The position numbers and the translations under genes are program-made. The notes beneath the pieces were generated by a model that was not told the DNA's origin, did not search any database, and was given only the letters and a program-made list of their open reading frames with translations. A stretch of DNA of 53,476 nucleotides from an uncultured Pseudomonadota bacterium (GTDB lineage Bacteria; SAR324; JACQKK01), in assembly GCA_964583525.1 (NCBI GenBank), contig CAZOXD010000010.1:1-53476 (forward strand). The letters are read 5' to 3'. This document shows positions 38,196 through 47,583 of this stretch, in pieces. Position 1 is the first letter of the stretch; every line of letters starts with the position of its first letter.

Positions 38196-38301
38196 CCGGC
38201 CCACGGTCAAGACCCGCGATCAAGCCACGGCCGGCGATGTGACTCCAGCGCTGGTTCCTGGCCCGGGTTAGTGGCGGAGGGTCGAAACGGCAGGGTGCAA
38301 G

Positions 38302-39651
38302 TCAAACATAGAGAATCGACTCGCCTTCATTTTCCCCATCATTTTTGCCGGAAACCAGACGGCGCTTGAGATAGTGCTGAACGATTCGATCCTTCGGGCT
38401 GAGAGCATAAATCTCCCGAAACATCTTCTGGGCCGCGGTGAATTGGTTGGAATGATAGAGGACAATCGCTTCGTCGAATTTCGTTCTGGTGGCTTGTTTC
38501 GCTTCTTTTACGTCAGCGGGATCCGCATCGAAAATCTCATGAATCACCACCGATTTCGTGATTCCCTTGAACGTCACCCGATCGATGATCCTGGCGAGGT
38601 ATCGGGTGGGATCGCTTAGGCTGCCAAACGTGTTTTCGCTAATGAGAATCCCAACCCCGTACCGTTTTGTGAGGCTTTCAATGCGGGATGCGATGTTCAC
38701 CGCATCGCTCACCACGGAGCTATCCATGCGTTGACCTTCGCCAAGGGTTCCTAACATGACATCACCGGTATTAATGCCAATTCCGATGTCGATAGGTGAA
38801 TATCCCGCTCTTTTCCGTCCCTGGTTATACTCAAATAATCTATTCCGCATGGATATGGCGGCATCGACGGCATGATCAGGTCTAGCATCGAATATCCCCA
38901 TGATCGCGTCCCCGATGTACTTGTCTATAACGCCCTGGTGCTTTCGTATTATCGGCCCCATTTTTCCGAGGTAGGAATTTAAGAAATTGAAATTTTCTTT
39001 TGGAGAGAGCGTCTCGGAGAGATTGGTGAACGACCGGATATCAGCAAATAGAATGGATAAATATTTGTTGACATGATCCCCTATTTTGACTTCCAGGATG
39101 CTTTTCTTGTCCATCATTTTTAACATTTGCTTGGGGACGAACCGTTCATAGGCCCGGTTGATTTGGGCCAACTTCCAGCGAAAAGTCAGGAATTGGGCCA
39201 TTTGCATCAACTCGTCGCGATCAAAAGGTTTTTTCAGCAGGAGAAATCTATTCTCTCCCAATTTCTGGTCCATTTCCTGGAGGGATTTATCCGCAAAGGC
39301 GGTGACAATGGCAATCTCGATTTGTGGGTCGAGTGCTAAAATCCTTTGCGCGGTTTCCAGCCCGTCGATGCCGTGTTGCATCCGCATATCGATGAAAACC
39401 AGGGCATAGGGGGATCCTTCAGCAATCGCTGAGGAAACGGCTTCGACACCCTCCAACCCTTGCTGAACCGTTGTGGTCTGGAATTTCGTTTTTTCGCCGT
39501 TCTGAATATCCCCGTGTTCATCGCAATAAGATTGATCCTCGAATATGTTCAGCTTCTGACCAACTTTCACTCCTGAAGGAGTAAGGATCGATTGGTACGC
39601 CTCCAGGATTTTCGGATCGTCATCGATGATCAATACATTGAATTCATTCAT
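38302..39651 (-). CDS. Response-regulator class III adenylate/guanylate cyclase
   Basis: REC, then ILFADIRSFT, KYIGDAIM, GIGINTG and DAVNIASRIESLTK. Confidence 0.93.
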   Translation of the reverse strand: MNEFNVLIIDDDPKILEAYQSILTPSGVKVGQKLNIFEDQSYCDEHGDIQNGEKTKFQTTTVQQGLEGVEAVSSAIAEGSPYALVFIDMRMQHGIDGLETAQRILALDPQIEIAIVTAFADKSLQEMDQKLGENRFLLLKKPFDRDELMQMAQFLTFRWKLAQINRAYERFVPKQMLKMMDKKSILEVKIGDHVNKYLSILFADIRSFTNLSETLSPKENFNFLNSYLGKMGPIIRKHQGVIDKYIGDAIMGIFDARPDHAVDAAISMRNRLFEYNQGRKRAGYSPIDIGIGINTGDVMLGTLGEGQRMDSSVVSDAVNIASRIESLTKRYGVGILISENTFGSLSDPTRYLARIIDRVTFKGITKSVVIHEIFDADPADVKEAKQATRTKFDEAIVLYHSNQFTAAQKMFREIYALSPKDRIVQHYLKRRLVSGKNDGENEGESILYV

Positions 39652-39727
39652 CGTTCATGAAAAGAATGGAGTTTGGGAAAGATGGAAGTCCATTCAACCG
39701 TTGCCGGCCCACGATCAAGCCCCACAA

Positions 39728-40855
39728 TCAAGCCGCGGCCGGTAATGTGAAACGAATGGAAGTCCCCTGCCCGGGCACGGAGCGGACCGCCAGATCTGAA
39801 TGGTGCAGGTCCATCACGACTTTCTTCACCATTGCCAACCCGAAACCGGTCTTTTTTTCACTCTGTTGAAGGGTTACCCCAGGTTCGAACACCAGGTTGA
39901 GATTCTCTTTGGATATTCCAGATCCTCTGTCTTCCACGAGGAATTCGATCTGCTCCTCTTCAGTTTCACGGATGGTTACGTTGACGGGCCCGGTGGAATA
40001 TTCGAGAGCATTGGCAATCAGGGATTTCAAGGCAATCCCGATCAAATTGCGGTATCCCCGGATTTTCGATAGGGCCGAGGTTGCAGGCTCGCTGAAAGTG
40101 GATACGCGGGCATCAAATTTCATATCTCCCAACAAATCCTCCAAAAGGAAGGACTCCTCCGGCACGCCATTATTTTTCCGGAGGATGGCCTCCACCAGTT
40201 CCAGTACCCGCTCGTTTTTCTGGATCATCTCCGGTATCCGCTGGGAGCTGAGGGACCGAACCAGCTCGAAGCTTCTCAATTCGAGCAGGGCATCGAACAA
40301 CTGCATCGAGCCGACTTTGTGCCCCCGCGTGAAGTTCACGAGATTGCGCACCGCCTCCATTTGCCACAGGTTCCGGTGGATGTTTTCACGCATATACAGC
40401 AGCGCCTGCAGCACCTCCTGTAATTCAAAGGGCTTCTTGATGAACATGAATTGGGTGCTGGCCACTCCGAGGTGGCGGGAAATGTCATGAATCGACCAGT
40501 TGGAATAAGCGGTAATAAACACAATGTTCAAGCTGGGATCGATCGCCAGCAAGGTGGAAGCCACCTCCAACCCGGAAGATTCGGGCAATTGCATGTCCAA
40601 CACCGCGATTTGGAATTGGCGGAACGTCCCGAACGCGTTGCGAAAAGCATCCAAGGCCTGTTTGGCTTCCTTGAAGTAGGCCCCCTTGAATTCCACCTCC
40701 TGAATAGGGATGAATCCTTTGTCTTGCTTTATCAGCGGTGGGTCGAACAGGTCCCCCGGTTCCTCGGAGGAATCCAATTGGAACAGGGCCGGATTTTCCA
40801 TCAACCGATAGGTATCAAGCATTTCCGGGTGGTCGTCTAAAAATAGAATATTCAT
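39728..40855 (-). CDS. Receiver domain fused to an HATPase_c domain (atypical hybrid kinase)
   Basis: REC MNILFLDD; LIANALEY, DRGSGI, FEPGVT and GFGLAMV; no canonical HisKA H-box (possible His in RGHK). Confidence 0.8.
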   Translation of the reverse strand: MNILFLDDHPEMLDTYRLMENPALFQLDSSEEPGDLFDPPLIKQDKGFIPIQEVEFKGAYFKEAKQALDAFRNAFGTFRQFQIAVLDMQLPESSGLEVASTLLAIDPSLNIVFITAYSNWSIHDISRHLGVASTQFMFIKKPFELQEVLQALLYMRENIHRNLWQMEAVRNLVNFTRGHKVGSMQLFDALLELRSFELVRSLSSQRIPEMIQKNERVLELVEAILRKNNGVPEESFLLEDLLGDMKFDARVSTFSEPATSALSKIRGYRNLIGIALKSLIANALEYSTGPVNVTIRETEEEQIEFLVEDRGSGISKENLNLVFEPGVTLQQSEKKTGFGLAMVKKVVMDLHHSDLAVRSVPGQGTSIRFTLPAAA

Positions 40856-40915
40856 GGTATTCAACCTTCGTTGGAATGAAATTCCTTGGCTGATCCGCAC
40901 AAAATTTGGGCGGGA

Positions 40916-41689
40916 TTATTCAAGCCGTGATTTGTCGTTCATATTTTGCATCAGTCTGTTGAAAAGCCTTTCCTGTTTTTCATCGAACTCAATTCCTACG
41001 CGGAATCGCTCCCCTTCCTGTTTCACCCAGCGCACCTGCCCGTCGGCCTCGACTCCGAGGGACGGGAAGCGCAGGGAGACCGGTTGGCCGGCCGGGAATT
41101 CCATGGAGACATCGTTCACCTGGATACCGTCCATGCTCGCATCGACCAGATCCCCTTCCAGTTCCTGGGGGGATTGAAAGGAAACCCGCTGGATGGTTTC
41201 CATGCGTTTGCGCTGTCGCCGGTCCCGGTTCAACTCGATCCAGGTGGCCAACTCGGATTCCACCGCCTGCTTGAAGACAAGAGGCGACACTAATTTTTCC
41301 AGATAGATAAAACTGGAGTTGCCGGCTTTCTGCTTGAGGGTTTCCATGGAGAAATCGGCGGTGGCCGTAAAAACGATCAACCGGATCCGGGAATCGATGC
41401 GCCGCGCCTCCTCAACCAGCCAGATTCCGTCCTTTTTGGGCATGCGTACATCGGTGACCAGCAAGTGAAAGGGATTTCCTTCCTGGTAGGCCTTGTGTAA
41501 TGCATCCCGTGCGGTCAACGGACAATCGAAGAATTCAACGGAAAACTCCTCTTCGTGGCTTTCCTCTGCCAGGGACTGCCCGCTGCCGAACAAGTCCAAA
41601 GGGTGGGTGTTCCCCGGAATTCGCAGGATCGAACGCACCATATCGTGCATGGCCGGTTCGTCGTCGATATATGCGATCCTCGCTTTCAT
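40916..41689 (-). CDS. Receiver domain-PilZ protein
   Basis: REC MKARIAYIDD; PilZ RRQRKR...DASMDGI...VRWV...GIEF. Confidence 0.88.
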   Translation of the reverse strand: MKARIAYIDDEPAMHDMVRSILRIPGNTHPLDLFGSGQSLAEESHEEEFSVEFFDCPLTARDALHKAYQEGNPFHLLVTDVRMPKKDGIWLVEEARRIDSRIRLIVFTATADFSMETLKQKAGNSSFIYLEKLVSPLVFKQAVESELATWIELNRDRRQRKRMETIQRVSFQSPQELEGDLVDASMDGIQVNDVSMEFPAGQPVSLRFPSLGVEADGQVRWVKQEGERFRVGIEFDEKQERLFNRLMQNMNDKSRLE

Positions 41690-44238
41690 ATGCGCATCTC
41701 CTTGGGGAAGGTCATGGTCGCATTGGCGCCCTTGCCCAAGCCCTCGGAATGCAACTCGAACCGCCCCCCGCCGCGGGCCATGAACAGCCTGCAATTGTGG
41801 ATACCCAAACCGGAACCACCCTCGCCGGAAGTTGCATCCTGCTTGGTGGTAAAGCCGATCTGCCCCACCTGCTGCAAATTCTCGGGGGATATTCCGTTTC
41901 CATTGTCTCTCACCTCCAACACGACCTGGTCCGGACCCGATTTGAGAACGATATCAATCCGTTTGTCCGCGCCATTAATGCCCGCAAAGGTTTCCCCCGC
42001 GTTTTTCAGCACGTTTTGAATCATGTTGAACAAGCGCACTTTTTCCACCTTGAGCAACACTGCGGAAGGCGGCGCTGACCCATTGGACGATTCGATCCTG
42101 AATTGCGATCGGATTCCCTTCGACTCCCAATTGTCTGCAAGGATGGAAAGAACGGCCCGCACCACCATGATCAAATCGACATCCTCACGCAGGGATATTT
42201 CCTGTTGCAGGTGGGATTGGGATATGGTCGATTCCACGACCTTTCCGAGGGTGGTGTCGATGGTGGCCAGTTCTTCCATGGTCTTGGACTCGATGTTGCG
42301 CAACAATTCCAAACCGTTGATAAAACCAGCCAAATCGTTTTTCCCGTCTGCTCTCAAATATTCAGACAGATCGCCTTGTTCCGCCCGCTCCTGAATCAGC
42401 TTCACGCGGGTCACCAGTTGCTCCAGGTAGTGATTCGTATGCCGGTCGGCGACCAGGTTGGCGGATTTCACCCGCACCGGCGTGATCAGATTGCCGATGG
42501 TGTGCACAAAGTCGCGGAAGGCTTCGATCCTGGCATGTTGGCTGGTTTGCAACTCCAGTTCGGTTTGCATCTGCTTCAATTTTGTCAGAGTTTCCTTCAG
42601 TTCGACCGAATTCACCCGTTCCAGGTAAAGGAGGCGTTGGATTTCCAGAGCGGAGTCGCGGACTTTTCCCGACAGGTTGTCCATCTCCAGGATTGGCGAG
42701 GACAGTTGGGTCTCGATATGGATTCCGTCTGCGACATTGCGTTGCACCTCATCGGTGTAGGTCATCACTCTTTGCATCTGCCGATTGAAATAGGCGCTTA
42801 TCAGCGAAGTGATGAGGATAAAGCTGCTCATCAGGAGCAATAGTTCCACCAGGATGTGATTGATCCGGTTCTGCATCACCGCCTGATACTCCCGCAGGGG
42901 TTGCTCCAAATGCAGGCTTCCTCCCAGGGCGGTCAGGGGGGCCGTATAGAGCATCGCCGATTCCCCCCAGCGCACCATGGCGGGTTTTTCCCCTGGGGGA
43001 AATTTCATGGTGAAGCCATCGCCCAACGCCTCCATTTGCACGGCGTCAAGAGAAAATTTTTCGTGGGGTGAACTGGGAGGGGGGAAAACGATTCGCTTTT
43101 CCGGATCAGTGAAGATGACTTTGGTTCCGGAATCGGAAAACAGGGTGTTGAGCATATCAAGCGCCTGCCCCAGGGCATTCGGGGAAACCGTTCCCACCGC
43201 CAGACAATCTATTTCCCCATTCGGTTTGTAGAGGGTCTCCACAATCGCCAGTTGGATGTTTTCCTTCCCCTCGGAAGGCACCGATGCCCAGGCAAACTGG
43301 TGGCCATTGGTGGTCCACAATAGTTGGGGGGTCTGATCGTCGATGAGAAGTTGCCTCCCCGGCGTGGTATCTCCCGCCTGGAGCGGCAGTAAATTGTGCA
43401 GCAGCCGGCCTTGGGAGTCGGTGAGATAGAAGCGATTGAGGAGGGGGTATTGCTCCCGCAAGGAAAGCGCCAACGCTCGTATTTCAGCTTCCTGACGTGC
43501 CGGATTGTCTTTCAGCGCCCGCAGCTTCGGAACGAAGTTCCCGACCTGGACCACACCCTGGCGGCTGGTGATCAGCAAATGTTCCAGGCTTTGTTGGATC
43601 GCATGCGCTTTTTCCTGCAGGTCCGACCGGATTTCCCTGTTGAGTTCACGGTACAAATCGCGGCCCGAATAGGCCGTCTCCGCGAAGAGGATCAATCCGA
43701 TGAACAGCATCAGTCCGGCGCCGATGTAGTCCGACAGGGAGGGGAGATGAAAATTCTCCCCCAGCAGGCGGGAGCGAAGCGGTTTCCAAAGCAGCAGGGC
43801 CCCAGCGATGGAAAGATTGAACAGCGCGTTGGTGGACTGCTTCAGGGCGATTAAAAAGGTGGACGTGAGGGAAAGGGAAAGCACGTGATAATAGAAAAAA
43901 TAAACCAGGGGCATCCCGGCGAGCAACCAGTAAAACAGATCCGAGCCCAGGGCCCAGCGCCTGCTTCTACCGGCCACGAAACCCACCGCGGCTGCTTCCA
44001 GCGTGAAAATAATGATCGCGTAGGGATGTCCCCAGAGAAAATAGGTGTAGGACGAGGCGATCAGGGCCGCCGCCGCCCCGTACCAGGGGCCATAGGCCAG
44101 CACGATCAGCATCGGCAGGATGCCCCCGAAAATGATGTTCACCCCGAATGACAACTCGATGTTGACCGCGTTGATCAGGAATCCAATCCCCCCGGCCAAG
44201 GCCGTCACCAGAATTTTTTTCTGAATTTGAGCATTCAT
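41686..44238 (-). CDS. Membrane sensor histidine kinase with a multi-TM N-terminal domain and an extracytoplasmic domain
   Basis: TM-rich N-terminus (FGVNIIFGGILPMLIVLAYGPWYG); H-box FVHTIGNLITP; NVLKNA, DNGNGI, FTTK and GSGLG. Stop overlaps the next ATG. Confidence 0.9.
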   Translation of the reverse strand: MNAQIQKKILVTALAGGIGFLINAVNIELSFGVNIIFGGILPMLIVLAYGPWYGAAAALIASSYTYFLWGHPYAIIIFTLEAAAVGFVAGRSRRWALGSDLFYWLLAGMPLVYFFYYHVLSLSLTSTFLIALKQSTNALFNLSIAGALLLWKPLRSRLLGENFHLPSLSDYIGAGLMLFIGLILFAETAYSGRDLYRELNREIRSDLQEKAHAIQQSLEHLLITSRQGVVQVGNFVPKLRALKDNPARQEAEIRALALSLREQYPLLNRFYLTDSQGRLLHNLLPLQAGDTTPGRQLLIDDQTPQLLWTTNGHQFAWASVPSEGKENIQLAIVETLYKPNGEIDCLAVGTVSPNALGQALDMLNTLFSDSGTKVIFTDPEKRIVFPPPSSPHEKFSLDAVQMEALGDGFTMKFPPGEKPAMVRWGESAMLYTAPLTALGGSLHLEQPLREYQAVMQNRINHILVELLLLMSSFILITSLISAYFNRQMQRVMTYTDEVQRNVADGIHIETQLSSPILEMDNLSGKVRDSALEIQRLLYLERVNSVELKETLTKLKQMQTELELQTSQHARIEAFRDFVHTIGNLITPVRVKSANLVADRHTNHYLEQLVTRVKLIQERAEQGDLSEYLRADGKNDLAGFINGLELLRNIESKTMEELATIDTTLGKVVESTISQSHLQQEISLREDVDLIMVVRAVLSILADNWESKGIRSQFRIESSNGSAPPSAVLLKVEKVRLFNMIQNVLKNAGETFAGINGADKRIDIVLKSGPDQVVLEVRDNGNGISPENLQQVGQIGFTTKQDATSGEGGSGLGIHNCRLFMARGGGRFELHSEGLGKGANATMTFPKEMRI

Positions 44239-44297
44239 GCCGTTGTTCCTTCTTCTCTTTTGCTGCGTTAGGGTTCGTTGTGTAAATATTATATTTC

Positions 44298-44350
44298 TTA
44301 CAGCATAACCCTGATATGTGCTTGAATTATGCGTATATTGTGCAAATTTC
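44298..44350. promoter_or_regulatory. Duplicated AT-rich regulatory block, copy A
   Basis: TTACAGCATAACCCTGATA...TATTGTGCAAATTTC; similar to 46481-46543. Confidence 0.5.
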
Positions 44351-44410
44351 ATCTAATTTGGGGAGCAGTGCGAGGGAAAGACATACCGCGAGGCCAGCGG
44401 GGGGAAAGTC

Positions 44411-45484
44411 TTATTCCGCCAGTCGGCGAAAAATTTCCGCAAACGCATCGGCTTTGAGCCGGAAGATTTCCAGTAGCCGCGGGTCGAAATGAGACGGGTC
44501 GGTTCGGCTATCTCCTTCCAACATGATCCGCAGCGCGGTTTCATGATCGAAGGCGGGTTTGTAGGGACGCTGCGAGCGGAGTGCGTCGTAGATGTCACCG
44601 AAGGCGGTAATGCGGGCTTCCAACGGGATTTCGTTTTCCTTCAGTCCCCGTGGATAACCACCGCCATCCCACCTTTCATGGTGCGCCCAGGCGATATTGG
44701 CGGCGAATCGGGTGGTTGGATGACTGGAGCGGGAGAGGATCTTGTGTCCGATCTCTGCATGACCCTTCATGGTTCCCACCTCAGCGCCGGAAAGCTTTCC
44801 CGGTTTGAGGAGCACCGCGTCCGGGATCCCGATCTTGCCGGCGTCATGCAGTTCCGCGGCTATCTCGATCATGGCCTGTCGATCCTTCGACCAGCCAAGT
44901 TCCGCCGCCATCAAACGGGAATAGGCGCCGATGCGGCGAATGTGTTGCCCGGTTTCGGGGTCTTTGTATTCGGACGCCGTGGCCAGAATTTCCAGCGCAT
45001 CGCGTTAGGCGGTCTCCACATTTCGCAGCAGGCCCCGGATTTCGCTGGTTTTGGCGAGGATGTCCGCCTCCATTCCCTTTTCGTAATGACGGCGAGCGCG
45101 TTTCAGGTTCACCAACTCTTCCGCCCGTTGCACCACGTGAACAAGACGGTCGGGGTCGATGGGCTTTTCGATGAAGTCCAGGGCGCCGAGCCTGAGGGCG
45201 GTGATGGCCTCCTGGCTCCCGCCGTGGCCGGTCATGATGATCAGTTCGAAGTCCCGGTCTTCCTGCAATTCCGAACGGACGTTTGCGGCGAAATCCAGGC
45301 CCGATTTCCCGGGCATCCGGATATCGGTCAACGCAATACTGACTTCGGGATCGTTCCGCACGATGTCCAAAGCCGGTTCGACACTGTTCGCTTCCAGGAT
45401 CTGGTATCCCTCGTCGGCCAGACATTCTGCCACCTCCTCCCGGGCGGCCGCATCGTCGTCGATCACGAGAATCCTGGTGGGCAT
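44411..45484 (-). pseudogene. REC-HD-GYP c-di-GMP phosphodiesterase split by an in-frame TAA
   Basis: ETA*RDALEILATASEYKDPETGQHIRRIG continues in frame to HDAGKIG, HHERWDGGGYP; TAA at 45005-45007. Confidence 0.9.
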
Positions 45485-45514
45485 ATCAATCCTCGATAAA
45501 ACCTGGTTTGCGGC

Positions 45515-46315
45515 CTATCCCAAGGGATGCTTGTAAGCTTCCTCCACCACTTCTTTTTCCGTATCGTCGCCAGCGGAACTCGATTCCGCCAGGTACTCCG
45601 ACACCGCGATAATCGTAGTCAATGGGGTACGCAGTTCGTGGGAAACCAACGAAAGAAACTCGTCCTTGACCCGGTTGGCGATGGCCAGTTCCCGGGCCGT
45701 TTGATTCAGCTGCGATTTCGTATCCTCGAGATTCCGGGTCAGATCGCCTCTTTCCCGTTGCTGGGACGTCACCTGGGATTCGAGCCGTTTTTCCTTCAGC
45801 CGCTTCATTCCGCTGAGGAGGATGGACTGGGAGGCCCGGTTCACCGCCCGCAGCAATTTTTCGGGTGAAACGGGCTTGATGAGAAAATCACCCGCCCCCA
45901 GCCGCAGGGCGTCGATGGCCTCGTCCATCCCCGCATGACCGGTGATGACGACGATCTCGATATTCCGGTGCGGGGAAATGGTGTCCCTCACCATGCGTAC
46001 CAATTCGAGCCCACCGATTTCCGGCATTTTCAAATCGGTGACCATGATCGAGATTTCCGGATTCTCCTTGAGCAAGTCCAGTGCCTTCGACCCACTGCCG
46101 GCCGTCTTACAGACGTACCCTGAGCTTTCGAACAATTCGGCCATCTCTTCCAGGATTTCGGGTTCGTCGTCCACGACCAACACCCAGGGAGAGACGCCCG
46201 ACCAGGCCTGCACTTCCTGCCCTGTCGATCCTGGTGCGGGATAATCCTGACCGGGGTTCTGGTTCTCCCCGCCCTCGCTGGCATGATCTTGCGGATGCAA
46301 TTTATTCTGGCTCAT
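45515..46315 (-). pseudogene. REC-HisKA hybrid kinase truncated before the HATPase domain
   Basis: REC (VVDDE, TDLKMP, KPV), then SHELRTPL, and the ORF ends ~30 aa later. Confidence 0.75.
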
Positions 46316-46480
46316 GACAAATTCTCCCTCAATTTGGAGCCGCAATGACTCTGATTCGCTGGGCGCTCTTTGCTTGCAGCATTGAATTCGACCGGCGCCT
46401 TCAATCTATCGCTTTTCATTCAAGGGGAATATTTAATATTACACAGATCGAATCAAGCAGGTTTTATTCCCGTCTCTTTT

Positions 46481-46543
46481 TAACAGCATAAACCTGTTAT
46501 TTGCCTACAACATCTCTCTTATGTGAAATATTGTGTAAATCTC
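46481..46543. promoter_or_regulatory. Duplicated AT-rich regulatory block, copy B
   Basis: Perfect dyad TAACAG-N7-CTGTTA, then TATTGTGTAAATCTC. Confidence 0.5.
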
Positions 46544-46583
46544 GTGTCAAGCCTCCAGCTCACGAACCCGAGGAGAGCCGACA

Positions 46584-47315
46584 ATGACACAGTCCGTTTT
46601 GATCGTGGAAGACGACAGGGAAACCCTGGAGGAAGTCGCTGAAACCCTTTCCGATGAGGGTTACCGTGCCCTAAAGGCAGGAAGCGCGGCCGAAATGTGG
46701 GTGCAGTTGGAAAAACAACCGGTGGATCTGATCCTTTTGGACCTCATCCTTCCTGATGAAAACGGACTTGACCTGGCCCGGAAAATCCGTCAGCGCTCCG
46801 ATGTCGGTATCATTATTGTTTCGGGAAAGACGGAGGAAGTGGATCGTGTCGTCGGTCTGGAACTGGGCGCGGACGATTACGTCACCAAGCCCTTTTCGCC
46901 TCGTGAATTGCTGGCCCGGGTTCGCTCGGTGCTCCGCCGTACAGAGGGAAAGTCCTATCAAAAAGGTGACGCACAGGCCCGAGAGGGGGATATCCCGATT
47001 CTGGAGTTCGATAAGTGGCGAATCGACACCGCGGCGCACAGCCTGTTCGATCCTGCCGGGAAGGAAGTGAATTTGACCACGGCGGAATTTAAAGTATTGC
47101 AGATCTTCACCAACCATCCCAACCGTGTATTCACTCGCGATCGCCTGATCGACCGCCTCCACGGTCAGGATTGGGCGGGCTATGACCGGAGTATCGACGG
47201 CCTGGTGAGCCGGTTGCGGCGAAAAGTCCACCCCGGCCCAAAGGAGCCGGAATACATCAAAACGGTGCGGGGAATTGGTTATTTGTTTACGCCGAAGGTG
47301 GTTTCCACCCTATAA
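46584..47315 (+). CDS. OmpR/TorR-family DNA-binding response regulator
   Basis: IVEDD, LDLILP, GADDYVTKPF, LTTAEF, RSIDGLVSRLRRK and IKTVRGIGY. Confidence 0.95.
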   Translation: MTQSVLIVEDDRETLEEVAETLSDEGYRALKAGSAAEMWVQLEKQPVDLILLDLILPDENGLDLARKIRQRSDVGIIIVSGKTEEVDRVVGLELGADDYVTKPFSPRELLARVRSVLRRTEGKSYQKGDAQAREGDIPILEFDKWRIDTAAHSLFDPAGKEVNLTTAEFKVLQIFTNHPNRVFTRDRLIDRLHGQDWAGYDRSIDGLVSRLRRKVHPGPKEPEYIKTVRGIGYLFTPKVVSTL

Positions 47316-47361
47316 CGGTATCAACCTCGCATCTGGTGGAGTGGGCATTTGAGAAGTATAA

Positions 47362-47505
47362 TTCTCATAAGTAATTATGACACAAAATCAAGCGAAAATA
47401 AAAGCGGTTCGAGGGGTTTTGCATACCTGCGTCCAAAGTTAAAAATTACTGAGTAACACCCTGGGAATCGACCTGTATCTGCATCAGCAGGGCATCGACA
47501 CCACT
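47362..47505 (+). mobile_element. res-like dyad plus internal serine-resolvase fragment (miniature remnant, copy B)
   Basis: TCATAA-GTAA-TTATGA dyad, shared TTCGAGGGGTTTTGCA, then LGIDLYLHQQGIDTT. Confidence 0.65.
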
Positions 47506-47583
47506 GAACCCACCACAAAGTCCGCCCCACGCCGAGAACAAGCCGACGGCCAATTGGGCGAAGGCGCCAGGAACAGGAGAAGA

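Noticed and set aside
36063-47321. Shared 10-mer ATAACGGTAT at 36063 and 47312
   Set aside because: A single short match, one copy overlapping a stop codon, with no extended similarity.
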